Positions 29,155 to 32,878 of a stretch of 32,878 nucleotides of DNA are shown one piece after another (positions within the stretch are counted from its first letter, which is position 1; each line of letters begins with the position of its first letter). Where the stretch lies: NCBI GenBank assembly GCA_937888765.1, contig CALASU010000178.1:1-32878 (forward strand), given 5' to 3'. The DNA comes from an uncultured Clostridia bacterium. Lineage in GTDB: Bacteria > Bacillota > Clostridia > Lachnospirales > Anaerotignaceae. Position numbers and translations under genes: made by a program. Below the pieces are notes generated by a model that saw only the letters and a list, made by a program, of their open reading frames with translations, was not told the DNA's origin and did no database searches.

Positions 29155-30087
29155 TTATCTGGCATCCTCCGACAGCACCGGATCATAATGAATCACCAGA
29201 TGCACGTTCAGCTCTGTCAATGCCAGACATTCTATTTCATCAATACATGCATGGCACTGTACAGGGTCCTCCTTAGCACTCAGTTCTGCATGAATAGAAG
29301 CAAAGCAATGTCCCGGGCCATAATCATGTATCAGCAGATCATGAATCCCAAGCACCCTTTCCTGCGAAAGTACCAGTTCTGTCAGTTTTTTAATCAACTC
29401 CGGGTCTGCCTGTTTGCCGAGCAGCGGGGAAATGGCTTCTTTGGCAATTTCCACCCCTGAATACAAAATGAATCCCGCTACTACAATTCCAATATAGCCG
29501 TCAATATTGATTTTCAGAAAATGCCCTGCCACAAATCCAAGCAAAACTGCCGCTGTTGCAATTACATCATTTCTGCTGTCCACCGCTGTTGCCTGCAATG
29601 CAGTAGACTGTATGCAGTTTCCCAAAGAACGGAAAAATGCCGACATCCACAGCTTTATGGCAATCGAGCCAAGCAAAATGCCAATCGTTACACCGGAAAA
29701 TGCCACAGCCGAGGGATGCAGTATTTTTCCGACAGAAGATTTCAGCAGCTCCACGCCGATCAACAGAATCAGAAATGCTACCATAAGCCCCGATAAATAT
29801 TCATATCTGGCATGGCCATACGGATGGTCTTCATCTGCGGGCTGCTGTGCCAGACGAAAGCCGAGCAAAGTTACCACAGAAGAGGAAGCATCTGAAAGGT
29901 TGTTGACTGCATCCGCTACGATTGCAACAGAATGCACTGACCAACCCACCAGCAGTTTTCCCAGAAACAGGATCAGATTGCAGACAATTCCCACAATCCC
30001 TGCAAATTTTCCGATTGCAGAGCGTACCGCAGGAGTTTCCGTATGTGTATAGTCTTTCACAAACAGCCGCAAAAGAAATGTTGTCAT
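29155..30087 (-). CDS. Cation diffusion facilitator family transporter
   Basis: ADAVNNLSD, HPYGHARYEY, DSRND and HDYGP motifs; likely start ATG 30087. N..D/D..D site suggests Mn/Fe rather than Zn (inference). Confidence 0.92.
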   Translation of the reverse strand: MTTFLLRLFVKDYTHTETPAVRSAIGKFAGIVGIVCNLILFLGKLLVGWSVHSVAIVADAVNNLSDASSSVVTLLGFRLAQQPADEDHPYGHARYEYLSGLMVAFLILLIGVELLKSSVGKILHPSAVAFSGVTIGILLGSIAIKLWMSAFFRSLGNCIQSTALQATAVDSRNDVIATAAVLLGFVAGHFLKINIDGYIGIVVAGFILYSGVEIAKEAISPLLGKQADPELIKKLTELVLSQERVLGIHDLLIHDYGPGHCFASIHAELSAKEDPVQCHACIDEIECLALTELNVHLVIHYDPVLSEDAR

Positions 30088-30117
30088 ATATAACCCCCTG
30101 AACCTTTTGAATATAGT

Positions 30118-30149
30118 AAAAAAATCTCCTGTTGAAAAACAGGAGATTT
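30118..30149 (-). terminator. dnaJ terminator
   Basis: AAATCTCCTGTT-TTTC-AACAGGAGATTT followed by a T-run. Confidence 0.75.
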
Positions 30150-30204
30150 CAGCACCTGCCATTAAAAATACACTTGTTTTCTGATTCTTTCGGAGGTATC
30201 TTTT

Positions 30205-31383
30205 TTAATCTTTATCCATATCAAACATATCTTTGATCTTTTCTGTAAAGGATTTCTTTTCTTCCTTTACAGGCTCTGCTTCTGCAGAAACACTGCTGTC
30301 ACCATAGAACTGACGCAGCAGGTCTTTCTGTCTTTCAGACAGTTCTGTGGGGATTTTTACTTTCAATGTAACAATCTGGTTCCCTCTTACCTTGGGATTT
30401 CTCAGATTGGGTACACCCACACCACGCAGTGTTATAACAGTGTCAGGCTGTGTACCGGGTTTTACTGTATATTTCTGTTCACCATCAATCGTTTTGATAA
30501 TGATTTCGCCGCCCAGTGCCGCCTGTACAAATGTAATGGGTACATCACAGTAAATATCAAAGCCTTTACGTACAAAGATACGATCGGGCTGTACGTAAAC
30601 CGTTACGAGCAGATCGCCGTAGCCGCCGCCATTTTCGCCGACTTCGCCTTTGCCCGCCAGACGGATTGTCTGACCGTTATCAATGCCCTTAGGGATATTG
30701 ACTTCATATTTTTTCTGTTTGCGCACTTTGCCTGTACCCTTACAAGTACCGCAGGGATCTTTAATCAGCTTACCTGTACCTTTACATTTGGAACAGGTAC
30801 GTACAGAGGTTACAGCACCAAACATGGACTGCTGTACCACTCTTTCCTGACCTGTACCATGACAGGTAGGACAGCTTTCTGCGTGTGTGCCTTCTTTTGC
30901 ACCTGTGCCATGACAAGTGTCACATTCGTCATAAACGCCTACGGAAACTTCTTTTTTACAGCCAAAAACAGCTTCTTCAAATGTCAGCTGGATATTTACT
31001 TCAATATCTCTGCCGCGGCGAGGACCATTTCTTCTTGCAGAACCGCCACCGCCAAAGCCGAAGCCGCCGCCGAACATACTGCTGAAGATATCGCCCAGAT
31101 CGCCCATGTCAAAGCCCTGACCATAGAAGCCGCCGCCTCCGCCCATGCCGCCCTGTTCAAAGGCCGCATGACCGAACTGGTCATACTGTGCACGTTTCTG
31201 AGGATCGCTCAGTACCTCATATGCTTCGTTGACTTCCTTGAATTTTTCTTCTGCTTCTTTATCGCCCTGGTTCTGGTCGGGATGGTATTTCATCGCCATC
31301 TTACGGTATGCTTTCTTCAGTTCTGCTTCTGTTGCATCCTTCTTTGCGCCCAGTACCTCATAGTAATCTCTTTTAGATGCCAA
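30205..31383 (-). CDS. dnaJ: Chaperone DnaJ
   Basis: J domain with HPD, G/F region, four CxxCxGxG repeats; TTG start. Confidence 0.98.
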   Translation of the reverse strand: MASKRDYYEVLGAKKDATEAELKKAYRKMAMKYHPDQNQGDKEAEEKFKEVNEAYEVLSDPQKRAQYDQFGHAAFEQGGMGGGGGFYGQGFDMGDLGDIFSSMFGGGFGFGGGGSARRNGPRRGRDIEVNIQLTFEEAVFGCKKEVSVGVYDECDTCHGTGAKEGTHAESCPTCHGTGQERVVQQSMFGAVTSVRTCSKCKGTGKLIKDPCGTCKGTGKVRKQKKYEVNIPKGIDNGQTIRLAGKGEVGENGGGYGDLLVTVYVQPDRIFVRKGFDIYCDVPITFVQAALGGEIIIKTIDGEQKYTVKPGTQPDTVITLRGVGVPNLRNPKVRGNQIVTLKVKIPTELSERQKDLLRQFYGDSSVSAEAEPVKEEKKSFTEKIKDMFDMDKD

Positions 31384-31411
31384 CTTTCACACCTACCCTT
31401 CATATTAACGT

Positions 31412-31445
31412 GAAAAGCAGGATGCCCAAGGGCACCCTTGCTTTC
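31412..31445 (-). terminator. Hairpin between dnaK and dnaJ
   Basis: GAAAGCAAGGGTGCCC..GGGCATCCTGCTTTTC imperfect stem with short T-run. Confidence 0.5.
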
Positions 31446-31455
31446 TGATTCACTA

Positions 31456-32878
31456 TTAGATTTCTTTGCCGTCTACATCAACAACGTCGGGACCTTCGCC
31501 TTCTGCGCCGCCTGCTGTCTGTGCCTGTGCATACAGTTTTTCAGACAGTTTGTAGAATTCCTGTGTCAGAGCTTCTGTTGCTGCTTTTACAGTTTCAACG
31601 TCAGATTCTGTCATTGTTTCAGCGTTCATATCTTTTACTGTATCTTTCAGTTTTTCCAGTTCTGCTTCTACAGCTGCTTTTTCGGATGCATCCAGTTTGT
31701 CGCCCAGTTCGCCCAGTGCTTTTTCTGTCTGGAAGATCAAGGAGTCAGCTTCGTTTTTCGCATCAATTGCTTCTTTTCTCTTTCTGTCAGCTTCTGCGAA
31801 CTGTTCAGCTTCTTTTACAGCTTTTTCGATTTCTTCATCGCTCAGGTTGGAACCTGCTGTGATTGTGATTTTCTGTTCTTTGCCTGTACCCAGATCTTTT
31901 GCGGAAACGTGTACGATACCGTTTGCGTCGATGTCGAATGCTACTTCGATCTGAGGAACACCACGTCTTGCGGGAGCGATACCGTCCAGTTTGAACTGAC
32001 CCAGAGTTTTGTTATCTCTTGCCAGAGGTCTTTCCCCCTGTACAACGTGGATATCTACTGCTGTCTGGTTATCTTCTGCTGTGGAGAAGATCTGTTTTTT
32101 GTTTGTAGGGATTGTTGTATTTCTGTCGATCAGTTTTGTTGCAACACCGCCCAGTGTTTCGATACCCAGAGACAGAGGTGTTACGTCCAGCAGCAGGATG
32201 GAGCCTGCACCTTCGTCGCCTGCCATTTTACCGCCCTGAATAGCCGCACCTACAGCTACACATTCATCGGGGTTGATGCCTTTGAAAGGTTCTTTGCCTG
32301 TGTATTTCTTAACTGCATCCTGTACAGCAGGGATTCTTGTGGAACCACCAACCAGCAGAACTTTATCAATTTCACCTGTGGACAGACCAGCATCAGCCAG
32401 AGCCTGTTTTACAGGACCCATTGTACCGTCTACCAGATCAGCTGTCAGTTCGTCAAATTTTGCTCTTGTCAGTGTTACATCCAGATGTTTGGGACCATCC
32501 TGGTTCATTGTGATGAAAGGCAGGTTGATGTTTGTAGATGTTACTGTAGACAGTTCTTTTTTCGCTTTTTCAGCCGCTTCTTTCAGTCTCTGCATAGCCA
32601 TTTTGTCTTTGGACAGATCCATGCCTTCTGCTTTTTTGAATTCTGCTACCAGGAAGTCGATCACTCTCTGGTCGAAGTCATCACCGCCCAGGTGTGTGTT
32701 ACCGTTTGTTGCCAGTACTTCGATGACACCGTCACCGATTTCGATGATGGAAACGTCGAAGGTACCGCCGCCCAGGTCGTATACCATGATTTTCTGTTCA
32801 TTTTCGTTATCCAGACCGTAAGCCAGTGCTGCGGATGTGGGTTCGTTGATGATACATTTTACATCCAGACCGGCGATT
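31456..32878 (-). CDS. dnaK: Chaperone DnaK, 5' end outside window
   Basis: Frame open to the window edge ([21 protein letters not shown]), [25 protein letters not shown]. Confidence 0.98.
   Translation of the reverse strand, partial: IAGLDVKCIINEPTSAALAYGLDNENEQKIMVYDLGGGTFDVSIIEIGDGVIEVLATNGNTHLGGDDFDQRVIDFLVAEFKKAEGMDLSKDKMAMQRLKEAAEKAKKELSTVTSTNINLPFITMNQDGPKHLDVTLTRAKFDELTADLVDGTMGPVKQALADAGLSTGEIDKVLLVGGSTRIPAVQDAVKKYTGKEPFKGINPDECVAVGAAIQGGKMAGDEGAGSILLLDVTPLSLGIETLGGVATKLIDRNTTIPTNKKQIFSTAEDNQTAVDIHVVQGERPLARDNKTLGQFKLDGIAPARRGVPQIEVAFDIDANGIVHVSAKDLGTGKEQKITITAGSNLSDEEIEKAVKEAEQFAEADRKRKEAIDAKNEADSLIFQTEKALGELGDKLDASEKAAVEAELEKLKDTVKDMNAETMTESDVETVKAATEALTQEFYKLSEKLYAQAQTAGGAEGEGPDVVDVDGKEI

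Overview
Chromosomal window from a Clostridia-type Firmicute (Lachnospirales-like gene content; taxonomy is inference). Almost every gene is on the minus strand. Right third is core: partial dnaK, dnaJ, a CDF metal exporter and an atpBEF-[H/A fusion]-GDC operon with no free delta subunit, where a delta C-terminal domain is fused to the N-terminus of alpha. Middle: a 1249-codon SLH surface protein with a papain-like Cys/His/Asp domain split by one in-frame TAG, an Asp/Glu racemase (the only plus-strand gene), a DUF4428/lipoprotein/TPM zinc-ribbon cluster, and a run of small detox/repair genes. That run ends in a translationally coupled three-gene module (TerB-like+CbbX/SpoVK AAA ATPase, J-domain-like protein with HPQ instead of HPD, HIRAN protein), the best candidate for an uncharacterised system. 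Left third is heavily eroded: a collapsed xdhC-ABC transporter-modE-mocA operon next to intact xpt, fragments of arsC, ABC-F and PD-(D/E)XK genes, IS256 and IS3 remnants and a REP-like palindrome cluster. All family calls come from motif recognition by eye; no database search was run.
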